NCBI GenBank assembly: GCA_038119905.1 | Contig: JAYOKQ010000007.1 | Span: forward strand, 250 to 64,249 | Length of the DNA stretch: 64,000 nt | From: Gemmatimonadota bacterium | GTDB lineage: Bacteria > Latescibacterota > UBA2968 > UBA8231 | Reading direction: 5' to 3' | Shown: one piece after another, positions 27,263 through 37,308 of the stretch | How positions within the stretch are numbered: the stretch's first letter is position 1 | Layout of the letters: the number at the start of each line of letters is the position of its first letter | Position numbers and translations under genes: made by a program | Notes under the pieces: model-generated | Databases searched by the model: none | Told to the model about the DNA's origin: nothing | What the model saw: the letters and a program-made list of their open reading frames with translations, nothing else

Positions 27263-30217
27263 ATGTACGCGATGTATTTTTCCTTAAAACACGCTCCTAA
27301 AATTGGATCGGTCGTATTGGTCGCACTCTTTGCGGCGCTGCTGTCCCTGTGTGCATCTTCTACAGTCGTTGCACAAGGAGAGGGCGCTATGCCCTACAAA
27401 CTCCAGTGGAAGTATTTGGTTCCTGACGCGCTGCAGGCCACGGTGGCAGAAAGCGACTCTCTCGTCTTTATAGCCAATCGCTCAGGACGTCTGGTTGCAC
27501 TGCGTCGCACAGACGGTGTGCAGGTTTGGACGCGCCGGGATCTCGGCCCGATATACCGTGCTCCGATAGTGTGGCAAGGTCGAGTGTTGGTGGCCGATGC
27601 GTGGGGTATGGTGCGTTCGCTGTACGCCGATACGGGGGGCGAAGAATGGGTTTTCCATCATCTTGGCAGAGGCGATTGTGCTCTCACACAATTCGACAGC
27701 ACGCTATATGTGTCGGCTGCTAACGGTTGGCTCTATGCGCTGAGCACGCGCGGACAGGAGCGTTGGCGTGCGCGTTTGGGTGCGGGGGGAGCGCTTGGCA
27801 TTGATGTGTCTGATGGGGTTGTGTACACAGGGACCGGCCGCGGTTTTGTCGGATTTCGTTCGGATGATGGGCAGCGGGTCATAGAGCGGGATATCGGTGC
27901 GGTGGCCACGGCACAACCTAGGGTCGTGGGTGAAGATGTCGTCGTGGCGAGCGGTGATGGCTATGTTCGACTATACGACTCGCGTAGTGGTCAACGGCGT
28001 TGGGAGCAGTGGCTGGGAGCCAAAGTGCATGAACCGATCATTTTATCGGGAAAGCATGTCGTCTGCGTTGCGGACAACGGCTATGTCTACGCGCTCGGTC
28101 TCCAAGACGGACAGACTGTGTGGCGCCGTCGTTTAGAGGGCGGTGCAGCGGGCGGTGCCGTCAAGGGATTGCAGGGCGAACTGGTTGTGGGCTCTGGCAC
28201 GGATGCGTTGGCCGGTATCGATCCGCGCACGGGCGATTTGATTTGGTCTACGGTGATGGGGCGCGGAGGAGGCGTGCGCGTGGGCGGATTGCGCGCAGGG
28301 CTATGGGCTGTTGCCGATGATCAGTATGCCTATGTCTTGGGCCCGCTAATGCGGGGGGCAAGGGAGGTGGGCGACCAGACGTGGTGGGAACTATGGGCAC
28401 GCGACAAAAAGATGGGATATCGCTACGAAAAGGTAGTGTCCCATTCGGGAGGCGGTTGGCGCGTGGAAGAGGGCGATGTCGATTGGCGCGGTGGATTCCG
28501 GCGGGGTGCGCGCACACTGGAAGTAGACGAGGACTTCTACCCGATTTGGATGCGGGAAAGCACGGTGGATGGCAACCAAGCGATTGAAGAGGCCGCGCGC
28601 TGGGACGGGGGTATTGTTGCCATAGAGCAGCGGTTGGCCGGACACGTTCAGAGGGATAGCGCGGTCTTTGCTGACGATGTTGTCGACCGGAGCGTTATGT
28701 GGCGCAAGCTGGTGGCCGAAGGTCGTTTGTTACCCGATAGAATCGATTCGCTGCTCGTTTTTGACTGGGGCACACGGCAGAGCTACTGGATCCATTTAGA
28801 CATGGGGCCTGAACAAACAGTAGAGGGCGAACGGTTGGTTGAAGTTGTCGTTGGACAGAGGAACGGTGCGGGCCAGGAGACGAGGTATTGGGTTGATCGC
28901 CAAGGTCGGGTCGCGCGTGCCTGGCAGCCGTCGCGCGGAGTGGAACAGCGGCGCGTAGAACGGCGGCGCGCAGAGCGCTGGTCGCGTCCGGCAGCCGATC
29001 GGCACATCGCATTGGATCGGGCTATCGACTTTCCGGCCGAATTAGAACAGCTGGTGGTTGAATTGCCCGACGTCGTAGCTAACGTGGACGAGTGGTTGGT
29101 GGAAGATGCCTGGCAGCGCGTCGAAATAGACACGATGGGCCGCCGTCTCTTGCGCCTGGAAAAGCGCAGACCGCCGCAGATTGAATCGACCTTACCCTTC
29201 AATGATGCCTCCCTTAAGCCGTATCTGTTGCCGTCCCTATATGTGCAGTCGGACGATGTGCGCATGCGCGCATTGGCCGATTCGCTGCGCGGTGATGCGC
29301 GCGATGTGTGGACTGTAGCTATGCGGCTGCGGCGCTGGGTCTACGATCATATGGATCCTCGCGACACCAACGTGCGCTTTAAGTCGGCGGTCGAGGTGTT
29401 GGAGGATATGGAGGGAACGTGCAGCGAATATGCAGCGCTCTATATGGCGCTCTGCCGTGCGGCCGATATTCCCGTTCGCGCCAGCGTGGGGTGGGTCATC
29501 GGACCTCAGGGTAATCTTATTTTGCACATATGGTGTCAAATCTATGCGGGTGAATGGGTCGATGTAGATCCCTCTCAGTCGGGCGAAGTCGTGGGGGCTG
29601 GCTACATAAAGACGGGGAATGGCCTGCTGACGATGCAGGGACTGCGCCAGCTGAGCGCTCCGCTGAGTCGCTGGATAGACGCCGTCGATACGCTGCAGGT
29701 GACAGCATACAGCAAGGGAAAGCGTCGCTACTTGCGTTCGGCGGCCGAGTTATTTGCTGCTGCGGAATTAGCCGAGCGAAACTTTGAGGAAGAGCGGGCA
29801 ATTGAACTGTATCATCAGGTCGATATGCTGCCGTGGAGCGACCGCAGCGCGCCGGCGCTAGTGCAGATAGGTCGCTACCGTTTGCGTCGGGGTGAATGGG
29901 CCGATGCGGGTTGGGCGCTGGAGCGATTGATGCGTCGCGAACCGCACGGAGATTATGCGGATGATGCTCTGTTTCACATGGCCAAACTCGCCGAGGCCCG
30001 GGGGGATAGCGCCGAGGCACTGTTGCGTTGGCATGCGATCGTAAGCGACTTTGCCGACTCCGACTTGGCCGACGATGCGCTCGGACAGCTCGCCGCGCGG
30101 ATAGAGCGTCGCGATGGTTGTATGGCGGCCCTGCCGTATTACGCACAGCTGCGCGAACGGTATAGCCGATCGGGGTGGGCAGCCGTTGCTGCTTCGGCGA
30201 TCGAGCGCTGCCGGTGA
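27263..30217 (+). CDS. large secreted multidomain protein: PQQ-like beta-propeller repeats, transglutaminase-like cysteine protease core, C-terminal TPR
   Basis: Signal peptide. Repeated G.LvAl....G...W blades. MEGTCSEYAALYMALCRAADIPVRASVGW...H..W..V.......DPS matches the transglutaminase C/H/D core. TPR-like C-terminus. Confidence 0.7.
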   Translation: MYAMYFSLKHAPKIGSVVLVALFAALLSLCASSTVVAQGEGAMPYKLQWKYLVPDALQATVAESDSLVFIANRSGRLVALRRTDGVQVWTRRDLGPIYRAPIVWQGRVLVADAWGMVRSLYADTGGEEWVFHHLGRGDCALTQFDSTLYVSAANGWLYALSTRGQERWRARLGAGGALGIDVSDGVVYTGTGRGFVGFRSDDGQRVIERDIGAVATAQPRVVGEDVVVASGDGYVRLYDSRSGQRRWEQWLGAKVHEPIILSGKHVVCVADNGYVYALGLQDGQTVWRRRLEGGAAGGAVKGLQGELVVGSGTDALAGIDPRTGDLIWSTVMGRGGGVRVGGLRAGLWAVADDQYAYVLGPLMRGAREVGDQTWWELWARDKKMGYRYEKVVSHSGGGWRVEEGDVDWRGGFRRGARTLEVDEDFYPIWMRESTVDGNQAIEEAARWDGGIVAIEQRLAGHVQRDSAVFADDVVDRSVMWRKLVAEGRLLPDRIDSLLVFDWGTRQSYWIHLDMGPEQTVEGERLVEVVVGQRNGAGQETRYWVDRQGRVARAWQPSRGVEQRRVERRRAERWSRPAADRHIALDRAIDFPAELEQLVVELPDVVANVDEWLVEDAWQRVEIDTMGRRLLRLEKRRPPQIESTLPFNDASLKPYLLPSLYVQSDDVRMRALADSLRGDARDVWTVAMRLRRWVYDHMDPRDTNVRFKSAVEVLEDMEGTCSEYAALYMALCRAADIPVRASVGWVIGPQGNLILHIWCQIYAGEWVDVDPSQSGEVVGAGYIKTGNGLLTMQGLRQLSAPLSRWIDAVDTLQVTAYSKGKRRYLRSAAELFAAAELAERNFEEERAIELYHQVDMLPWSDRSAPALVQIGRYRLRRGEWADAGWALERLMRREPHGDYADDALFHMAKLAEARGDSAEALLRWHAIVSDFADSDLADDALGQLAARIERRDGCMAALPYYAQLRERYSRSGWAAVAASAIERCR

Positions 30218-30308
30218 TCAGCTACTCTTGCAGTTCTGCACTAAACGTGGACTATCGGCTTGGCAATGCTTAGTTTTTGATTTTTATCTAGTGAATGAGG
30301 TCCCTATT

Positions 30309-31226
30309 TTGCGCCAGCGCACTTGGTATGGTACGGAGGTTCGTTCCGCCGGTAGAAGCCTGTTCCTATTGGGCTTACTGTCGCTATTAGCCTGCGGCGA
30401 GCCACCTGAGAAGCATATCAATGGGCTAAAAAGCTTGCGCGAGAGTGAGCGCGTTAAAGCCGCCAACGAGCTCATTCGCTTGGACGCAGACGAAGTGGTC
30501 CCACTGCTTATAAAAGAGGCCGATTCGGGCTATATTCGCGTTCGCTTTGAGGTGATTGGCCTGCTGGGTCGTTTTGGTGATCCGCGCGGCATTCCAACGC
30601 TGATTAAGGCGTTGGACGACAAATCGCCCAACGTCGCCGCACGGGCGGCTCTGGGGTTGTCTCAGCTGCGCGCTGTAGAGGCCCTGCCGCGGCTGTTGCA
30701 CTATGCACGAGACCCTTCTGAGGTTACGCGGCAGTATGTGCTCGGCGCACTGGGGCCCTGTCACTCGTACGATACGGAACCTACGTTGAGTGATTCGGCG
30801 CTGGGCGTGGTCCTGAGGGCGCTGCGTTCACCCAAGGTTAAATGGCGCATTGCTGCGCTGCAGAGCCTGCGCGAGTTTGGCTATAAAGATGGAGTCGATG
30901 AGGTCATCCGCATGACCCGAGATCCATCGCCTGAAGTGCGGCACGTAGCAGTACAGGCCCTCGGACAGATCGGTTCCCAGCAGCACGTTGGCAACGAGGG
31001 GCCCGATCCGATGGCGCCGATAAGTGCGCGTGAACGCGCCAATGTCGTCCAAGCGTTACTGGCCTCGGTTGACGCGAGCGAGCTACAGAGTATTCGGACG
31101 AAAGCGGTGCGCGCGCTCGGCGATATTGGTGGCGCGTCAGCTATAGAAGCCCTAGGACGATTGGAGCGCGTCGGTGGTGACGAGGACCAAGTTGAAGCGA
31201 GACGCGCGCTGGACAAACTGCGCTGA
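30309..31226 (+). CDS. HEAT-repeat (PBS-lyase-like) lipoprotein
   Basis: Lipobox LLSLLACG. Repeated ..VR..A..ALG.. HEAT units. The start is uncertain: TTG 30309 lies behind GAGG, GTG 30291 is also possible, and the ORF-track start 30114 overlaps the upstream gene. Confidence 0.6.
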   Translation: MRQRTWYGTEVRSAGRSLFLLGLLSLLACGEPPEKHINGLKSLRESERVKAANELIRLDADEVVPLLIKEADSGYIRVRFEVIGLLGRFGDPRGIPTLIKALDDKSPNVAARAALGLSQLRAVEALPRLLHYARDPSEVTRQYVLGALGPCHSYDTEPTLSDSALGVVLRALRSPKVKWRIAALQSLREFGYKDGVDEVIRMTRDPSPEVRHVAVQALGQIGSQQHVGNEGPDPMAPISARERANVVQALLASVDASELQSIRTKAVRALGDIGGASAIEALGRLERVGGDEDQVEARRALDKLR

Positions 31227-31255
31227 GTAGCGCAATTGCAAGATTGGAAAGACGG

Positions 31256-32134
31256 ATGAACATACTGAAGTTGGGACTGCCTTCGGGCAGTTTGAAAGAT
31301 TCTACCTTTGATCTGTTCGAGCGGGCGGGCTATAAGATCAGGCTCTCGTCGCGCTCGTATACGCCCGAAATCAACGATCCCGAATTGGATGGTCTGATGT
31401 TTCGCGCTCAGGAAATTGCGCAATACGTGGCGCGTGGTGTCGTTGATGTTGGAATGACCGGCAAGGATTGGATCGTAGAAAACGACGCCGATGTAGTCGA
31501 GGTGGATGAACTCGTTTACAGTAAAGCGACATCGCGCCCCGTTCGCTGGGTAGTAGCGGTGCCTGAAGAGTCGCCTATTCAGACGATTCAAGACCTGCAG
31601 GGCAAGCGTATTGCGACGGAGTTGGTGGGGGGCACGCGTCGCTATTTGGCCGAACGTGGCGTTGAGGCAGAAGTCGAGTTTTCCTGGGGCACGACGGAAG
31701 TCAAAGCGCGGATTCCCGGGTTGGTCGATGCCATCGTTGAACTGACGGAAACGGGCTCTTCTCTGCGCGCCAATCGGCTGCGCATTGTCGATACGATCTG
31801 CGAGTCGACGACTCGCTTTATTGTCAACCGAGCGGCTTGGGAAGATCCATGGAAGAGAGAAAAGGCCGAAAATCTTTTGATCCTGCTTAAAGGCGCGCTC
31901 GAGGCGGAAGCAAAAGTTGGATTGAAAATGAACGTTCCACGCGCGCGGCTCGACGAGGTTATGGCAACGTTGCCCGCGTTACACACTCCGACCATTTCCA
32001 ATCAGAAAGACGAGGCCTGGGTCGCGTTGGAAGTGATCGCTGATGAGCAGGAGGTGCGCGATATGATCCCCCAGCTAAAGCGAGTAGGGGCGGAAGGTAT
32101 CATTGAGTATCCGCTTAACAAGGTCATTTATTGA
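31256..32134 (+). CDS. hisG: ATP phosphoribosyltransferase, long form
   Basis: [26 protein letters not shown]. The length, with a C-terminal regulatory domain, fits the long form. The ORF-track start 31244 is an upstream TTG. Confidence 0.9.
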   Translation: MNILKLGLPSGSLKDSTFDLFERAGYKIRLSSRSYTPEINDPELDGLMFRAQEIAQYVARGVVDVGMTGKDWIVENDADVVEVDELVYSKATSRPVRWVVAVPEESPIQTIQDLQGKRIATELVGGTRRYLAERGVEAEVEFSWGTTEVKARIPGLVDAIVELTETGSSLRANRLRIVDTICESTTRFIVNRAAWEDPWKREKAENLLILLKGALEAEAKVGLKMNVPRARLDEVMATLPALHTPTISNQKDEAWVALEVIADEQEVRDMIPQLKRVGAEGIIEYPLNKVIY

Positions 32135-33435
32135 TGGACATTGTAGTCTATCCGAGCGAACCGCTTGCCGATAAGATTCAAGCGATTCTGCAGCGGCGCA
32201 TCGGAATCTCGGACGATGTAGATGAAGCCGTTCGCCAGATTGTGCGCCAGGTGCGGGATCGCGGCGATGTAGCCGTAGCTGAATACACGGAGCGCTTTGA
32301 CGGCGTCAGCGTGGGCGGCGCCGGCAGTCGGATGACGCCCGAGGCGCTGCAGGCAGCTCTTGAAGCGTTAGACGGGTCACTGCGCGGCGCAATAGAAGCG
32401 GCCGCCGCTAATATCCGCTCCTTTCACGAGAACCAGCGCGAGAAGTCGTGGTTTGTCGAAGACGGTGAGGGGGTGTTGCTCGGCAAGAAAGTGACGGCTA
32501 TCGATCGTCTGGGCATTTGCGTGCCGGCGGGCGAGGTGCCGCTGTTTTCGAGCCTTCTGATGTGTGCCATACCCGCGCAAATTGCCGGCGTCAAAGAGAT
32601 CTGCGTGGTTTCGCCGCCGCAGCAAAACGGGCAAGTACATCCCGTTATTGCAGCTGCGGCACAGCTACTTGATATTGCAGAAGTCCACGCTATCGGTGGC
32701 GCGCAGGCCGTCGCGGCGATGGCCTATGGAACGGAGACGGTGGCTCCGGTAGACAAGATCGTCGGCCCGGGTAGCCCCTATACGGTTGCGGCGCAAAAGC
32801 AGGTGTTTGGGCTAGTTGGGATTCCCATGTTGCCCGGCCCATCCGAGATCGCCGTCGTCGCCGACGCCGATGCCGATCCCTCTTACATTGCGGCCGATCT
32901 GCTCTCGCAGGCCGAGCACGGTTGGGGTGTGGCATCTGTTTGCATTACGGATTCGCCCCAGTTAGCCGATGCGGTGAACGCAGAAGTCGACCGCCAATTA
33001 GACAGTCTTCCGCGTGCAGAAGCCGTGCGGGCCGCGCTAGAAGAATACGGTGCAATCGTCGTCGTAGATGCGCTGGAGACAGGGCTCGAACTGCTCAATC
33101 GCATGGCTCCAGAACACGCTGAACTGCTCGTGGCCGATCCCTGGCGGTGGCTCGATGGGGTGCGCCACTGCGGAGCCGTTTTTCTCGGAGCAGCTTCTAG
33201 TGAGCCCGTGGGAGATTATTTTGCTGGGACGAATCACGTCCTGCCGACCAATGGGGCTGCGCGTTATGCCTCTTCGCTAGGCGTGGGTGATTTCGTCAAG
33301 ACGACGAGCGTGATCGCTTATACGCAGACGCGCTTGCGTGAGACTCATGCAACGATAGCGCAGCTAGCTCGGGCTGAGAGCCTAGAAGCACACGCACGCG
33401 CGGTCGAAATCCGCTGCAAGGAGATGGAATCTTGA
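32131..33435 (+). CDS. hisD: histidinol dehydrogenase
   Basis: [25 protein letters not shown] and [14 protein letters not shown] motifs. Confidence 0.95.
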   Translation: MMDIVVYPSEPLADKIQAILQRRIGISDDVDEAVRQIVRQVRDRGDVAVAEYTERFDGVSVGGAGSRMTPEALQAALEALDGSLRGAIEAAAANIRSFHENQREKSWFVEDGEGVLLGKKVTAIDRLGICVPAGEVPLFSSLLMCAIPAQIAGVKEICVVSPPQQNGQVHPVIAAAAQLLDIAEVHAIGGAQAVAAMAYGTETVAPVDKIVGPGSPYTVAAQKQVFGLVGIPMLPGPSEIAVVADADADPSYIAADLLSQAEHGWGVASVCITDSPQLADAVNAEVDRQLDSLPRAEAVRAALEEYGAIVVVDALETGLELLNRMAPEHAELLVADPWRWLDGVRHCGAVFLGAASSEPVGDYFAGTNHVLPTNGAARYASSLGVGDFVKTTSVIAYTQTRLRETHATIAQLARAESLEAHARAVEIRCKEMES

Positions 33436-34028
33436 ATCAGGAGCGGCGAGTGGCGCGCATTGAGCGCCAGACCTCAGAGACGGATATCCAGTTAGAGCTG
33501 TGCCTAGACGGTCAGGGCACCTGTCGCATTGAGACCGGTATAGGTTTCTTCGATCATATGCTCAACGCGTTTGCTCGTCACGGTCTATTTGATCTGCAGG
33601 TTCACTGTGCCGGCGATCTCCACGTCGACCAGCACCACTCCGTCGAGGATGTGGGCATCTGTCTTGGAATGGCTATCGACAAAGCGCTTGCGGGTAAAGA
33701 GGGCATTCAGCGCTACGGCCACAGCTACGTTCCGATGGACGAAGCGCTGGCGCGGAGCGTGATTGATCTGTCGGGCAGAGCTTATTTGGTGCTGTCTGGC
33801 CAGTTTTGCGATGAGCGCATCGGCGATTTCCCCACGGCGCTCGTGCGCGAATTCTTTCAGGCGGTCGCCGGCCAGGCGCGTATGAATTTGCATATTGATT
33901 TGCTGCGCTGCGCCAACGATCACCACGGAGTGGAAGCGATCTTCAAAGCCTTTGGCCGGGCACTTGATGCGGCTAGCCTGCGCAGTGACCGCGTCCACGG
34001 CGTGCCTTCGACTAAAGGTGCCCTGTAG
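33432..34028 (+). CDS. hisB: imidazoleglycerol-phosphate dehydratase
   Basis: RQTSETDIQLEL..., GIGFFDHML, DQHHSVEDVGI and HHGVEAIFKAFGRAL. Confidence 0.92.
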   Translation: MNQERRVARIERQTSETDIQLELCLDGQGTCRIETGIGFFDHMLNAFARHGLFDLQVHCAGDLHVDQHHSVEDVGICLGMAIDKALAGKEGIQRYGHSYVPMDEALARSVIDLSGRAYLVLSGQFCDERIGDFPTALVREFFQAVAGQARMNLHIDLLRCANDHHGVEAIFKAFGRALDAASLRSDRVHGVPSTKGAL

Positions 34029-34159
34029 TCATAAAGAGTGTGCTGAGGGAATATGCGAGTGCCGGCATGAAGCGGCGTAACTCGCATCAACTGGCGCCTG
34101 ATAGGCGAGGAGTCTACCTTAGAGCGATGGACGTATATCGCAATTGAACGGGGACTCCT

Positions 34160-36685
34160 ATGTCAAAGAAGAAGAAGGCCGGAAAAGTAGATATTCAAGA
34201 TGTGGAACCGGTCGCCGAAAGTGCTGTGCCATCTGTTCGTGTCTGGGATCGCCGCTGGTTTCCCGCCGCACTATTTCTCTGTCTGAGTGCGCTCTATTTC
34301 CACCAGTTTGTTGTATCCGATAATGTCATATACGGCTATGATGCCGGTCTCGATTTTCGCCTAGGAGAAGACATGACCTTCTTGGAGAAGGTCGAGACTG
34401 TCGCCCAGCCGATGTGGCATATGCAAATGGGCGGTCTGCCCCAGTCTGAAGAAATACGTCCGCAGTACTTTCCCACCTATCCGATCTACTTTTTCACCTC
34501 GTTCCACCGCTACTTAGGTTGGCGCTATATACTCACCATGTTCTGCGCTGGCTTGGGTATGTACGTCTTTCTGAGACAAATCGAAATTACGCGCTGGGCT
34601 GCACTATGGGGTGGAATTGCCTATATGTCGGCTCCGACCCTAATGGCTTTCACGTTTGCCGGTCAGTATGCCAAAATGGGCGTGATCGCGCTGTATCCGT
34701 GGATGTGGTATTTCCTCGATCGCGGGCTTGCCGAACGGCGCATTATCCACTTTGTCGGTTTGGGAGTCGTTATTGCTTGTGGTATTTATTCACCTCATCC
34801 CAAAATGCTCTACTACGCACTGTGCGGCACGGGCTTGTTTTTCATTTTTCGCACATATCAATGGTACTTGAAAGAGCGCGACAAAGGTTGGTGTGTCCGC
34901 CGAATTGGTTTTTTTGTCACTGCTATTGTGCTCGGATTAGGGTTGGGTGCGGAAGGGACTTACCCGCTCTATTCGTACACCGGTTCGGAATCAAAGCGTG
35001 CGGCGGGAAAAGACGGCAGTGGCCGCACGGATGAAGAGCAGTTGGCCTATGCGCAAACCTGGTCATTACATCCCGAAGAAGTTGCTTCGTTGGTCATTCC
35101 CGAATTTGGTGGTTTCAATCTGCCCAAAGAGGGGCGTAGCACGTATTGGGGCCGCAACCCGCGGAAAGACAATTCGGAGTATTTCGGTGTCCTCGTAGTT
35201 GTTTTGGCACTTTTAGCTGTTATTCAACGTAGGCGCGATCCTCTGGTGATCTTCCTGTGTGCGGGGTTTGTCCTATCCCTTGCTTATACATTGGGAGGGC
35301 ACACGCCGGTCCACTGGCTCGCCTACCATCTTCTGCCGGCGATCAAACTTTTTCGCGCCGTAGGTATGGCTGCTTACCTGTTTGCATTTCCCGCCTGTGT
35401 GTTAGCGGCTATGGGGTTACAGCGCCTGTTGGAAGTCGATGCGGAAGAAGAGCCCACACAACAAAAGCGACTGATCCTTGTCGCGGGGGCGATCGCCGGT
35501 ATTGCGCTGCTAGTCGCAATGGCGCCGGGTGCGATGACTTCATTGTGGAATGGGCTGTTTTACAGCGATATCACCGCACAGAAGGCGCGTATATTACAGG
35601 TCAATCTGGATTGGCTGTCGCGCGGTAGTACCTATGTCGTGCTCGTTGTGCTGGGTGGACTTACCGCGCTTCTGCTGCGCATAAAGGGCGTCATCGGCAC
35701 CGGAACGGCCATCGTAGCGTTGAGTATTCTCTCGCTATGCGATACTTGGCGCATCAACCAAGTTTTTCTCAAATACGAAAATCCAAGTGCCTACGCCGAC
35801 TTGCGCCAAGCGAATGTGCAGGCAAAGCGCCTGATGCGCGCAGACGGCGAACTCTTCCGCGTGTTGCCCCTGCCGGAATATCACATACTCAAGCAAGATG
35901 GCTTGCAGTTGGATGGTATTGCTTCCATAACGGGATTTCACGATTTGACGGTCGGGCGCTACGATCGCCTGCTGCGCGATATTGAACCTGTGACGAACTT
36001 GTTTTGGTCGAAATATGCGATGGGACGGGAGATACCTTATACCGACGCAGATCTTTTGGGTGCCATTCATCCGCTCATCAATTTACTCAACGGTAAATAC
36101 CTAGTTGTGCCGCGCGGTATTACCATGGCCCTACCTGCCGATCGGTTCCCACTGCTCGGCGAGGCCGATAACTATCGCATATATGAAAATCTACAGGCGT
36201 TGCCTTGGTGTTACTTGGCCCCAAGTGCACAGGTCATAACGGACGAAGACCAAGCGATAGAAATGCTGCGCAGCGGTCAGATCGATCCAGCTTCAGTCGC
36301 CCTTATCGAAGCGCCCTTGCCTTTTGAATTGTCCCAAAGCGGCGATACGTCCAATGATCGAGTTGAAGTCATAGAGCACAGCCCCGGTGAAGGTATCGTT
36401 CGCCTACAGACGCACAGTCCGGAAGCGCGTCTATTGGTGCTATCTGAAAACTATCAGTCGAACTGGTCTGTGTGGGTAGACGGACAAGAGGCCGATATCC
36501 GTCGCGCAAATTACGTCTGGAAAGGAGTCGCCCTGCCGGCCGGAGACCATCAGGTTGAGTTTCGCTACTACTCGCCGGCGCTCTTTTGGTCGCGTTTGGC
36601 AATCACACTATGCTTGATCGTAGCCGTCGGTTTGTTATTGAGGGAGTTTGTGAGCCGACGAAAAGCGAGTCCAGCCATTTCCTGA
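34160..36685 (+). CDS. YfhO-like polytopic membrane protein (GT-C-type glycosyltransferase family)
   Basis: 841 aa with more than 10 TM segments in the first 500 aa, a large extracytoplasmic C-domain and a terminal TM helix. This is YfhO-type architecture. Confidence 0.6.
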   Translation: MSKKKKAGKVDIQDVEPVAESAVPSVRVWDRRWFPAALFLCLSALYFHQFVVSDNVIYGYDAGLDFRLGEDMTFLEKVETVAQPMWHMQMGGLPQSEEIRPQYFPTYPIYFFTSFHRYLGWRYILTMFCAGLGMYVFLRQIEITRWAALWGGIAYMSAPTLMAFTFAGQYAKMGVIALYPWMWYFLDRGLAERRIIHFVGLGVVIACGIYSPHPKMLYYALCGTGLFFIFRTYQWYLKERDKGWCVRRIGFFVTAIVLGLGLGAEGTYPLYSYTGSESKRAAGKDGSGRTDEEQLAYAQTWSLHPEEVASLVIPEFGGFNLPKEGRSTYWGRNPRKDNSEYFGVLVVVLALLAVIQRRRDPLVIFLCAGFVLSLAYTLGGHTPVHWLAYHLLPAIKLFRAVGMAAYLFAFPACVLAAMGLQRLLEVDAEEEPTQQKRLILVAGAIAGIALLVAMAPGAMTSLWNGLFYSDITAQKARILQVNLDWLSRGSTYVVLVVLGGLTALLLRIKGVIGTGTAIVALSILSLCDTWRINQVFLKYENPSAYADLRQANVQAKRLMRADGELFRVLPLPEYHILKQDGLQLDGIASITGFHDLTVGRYDRLLRDIEPVTNLFWSKYAMGREIPYTDADLLGAIHPLINLLNGKYLVVPRGITMALPADRFPLLGEADNYRIYENLQALPWCYLAPSAQVITDEDQAIEMLRSGQIDPASVALIEAPLPFELSQSGDTSNDRVEVIEHSPGEGIVRLQTHSPEARLLVLSENYQSNWSVWVDGQEADIRRANYVWKGVALPAGDHQVEFRYYSPALFWSRLAITLCLIVAVGLLLREFVSRRKASPAIS

Positions 36686-37029
36686 CGGGTATGCCTCTTG
36701 TTAAAAATGAGTGCATTATATCAGTTCCTGACTTTCTTAAGAGTTCGGTTGGTTCATATCCCCATTCTTCTCGTCGTAGTCACCGTTTTTGCTCACCTCG
36801 TGAGCTTGGCACAATTTATGGGGAACTCGATAGATTAAGGTGTAGTTCAATAGGCTGTATTGCTTGGACCATGGGGGATGGTCGGTGCGTTGTGTTAAGC
36901 ATGCAATAGGTCGTGTTGGGGTTCGTTTTGAAAGTCGTTTCCCAAACAAAAGGAAGTGCTTCGCTCTTTATATGGGTGATCGTCCCACTTATTGGGCAAA
37001 TAATCCATTTTTGTATAGGGAAAAAATAC

Positions 37030-37058
37030 TTGACACTACCTACCTTTGTCTCTATTAT
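37030..37058 (+). promoter_or_regulatory. consensus sigma70-like promoter TTGACA-17-TATTAT with an upstream A-tract
   Basis: The hexamers and the exact 17-nt spacer were read directly. GGGAAAAAATAC lies immediately 5' and looks like an UP element. The site is about 250 nt upstream of the ATG at 37309. Confidence 0.6.
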
Positions 37059-37308
37059 TACACTCCGCCTAAATATAGGTGTGGTATGTCTATACCTGTA
37101 CTTGTCTATTAGTGCAATTTAAAAAGTATTGTGGCTGGATTATTTTTTGAAGAGAGAGAAAGGAGGGCGGCGGCGCAAAGAAGTTGCTTTACTATTTGAT
37201 TTAACTTGATTTAGGATATGATGAAGAGCTTAGCTTGAGTCCTTGCTAAGCGCAAATTTTTTCATCGTTTTGTCATTCTTAATACAGGGTAACTTCCCTG
37301 AGGAGGAA

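Noticed and set aside
34029-34159. Inverted repeat ATGCGAGT...ACTCGCAT after hisB as a terminator
   Set aside because: It has a 19-nt loop and no U-tract. It is plausible as a weak structure only, so it is not reported as a feature.
36913-37122. 69-codon hydrophobic ORF (GTG start) in the GC-poor spacer, plus overlapping ORFs 36864..37112 and 36737..36949
   Set aside because: AT-rich DNA yields Ile/Leu/Phe-rich ORFs by chance. There is no RBS. The ORF runs across the consensus promoter at 37030..37058. The three mutually overlapping ORFs in different frames argue for non-coding sequence.
37243-37308. N-terminal extensions suggested by the ORF track for the giant gene, and similarly at 2487..2582, 11580..11639, 44043..44126, 56818..56895 and 30114..30308
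   Set aside because: In each case an internal start gives a family-typical N-terminus or signal peptide, usually with an RBS or a stop/start overlap. The upstream extension overlaps the preceding gene or uses a weak TTG/GTG.
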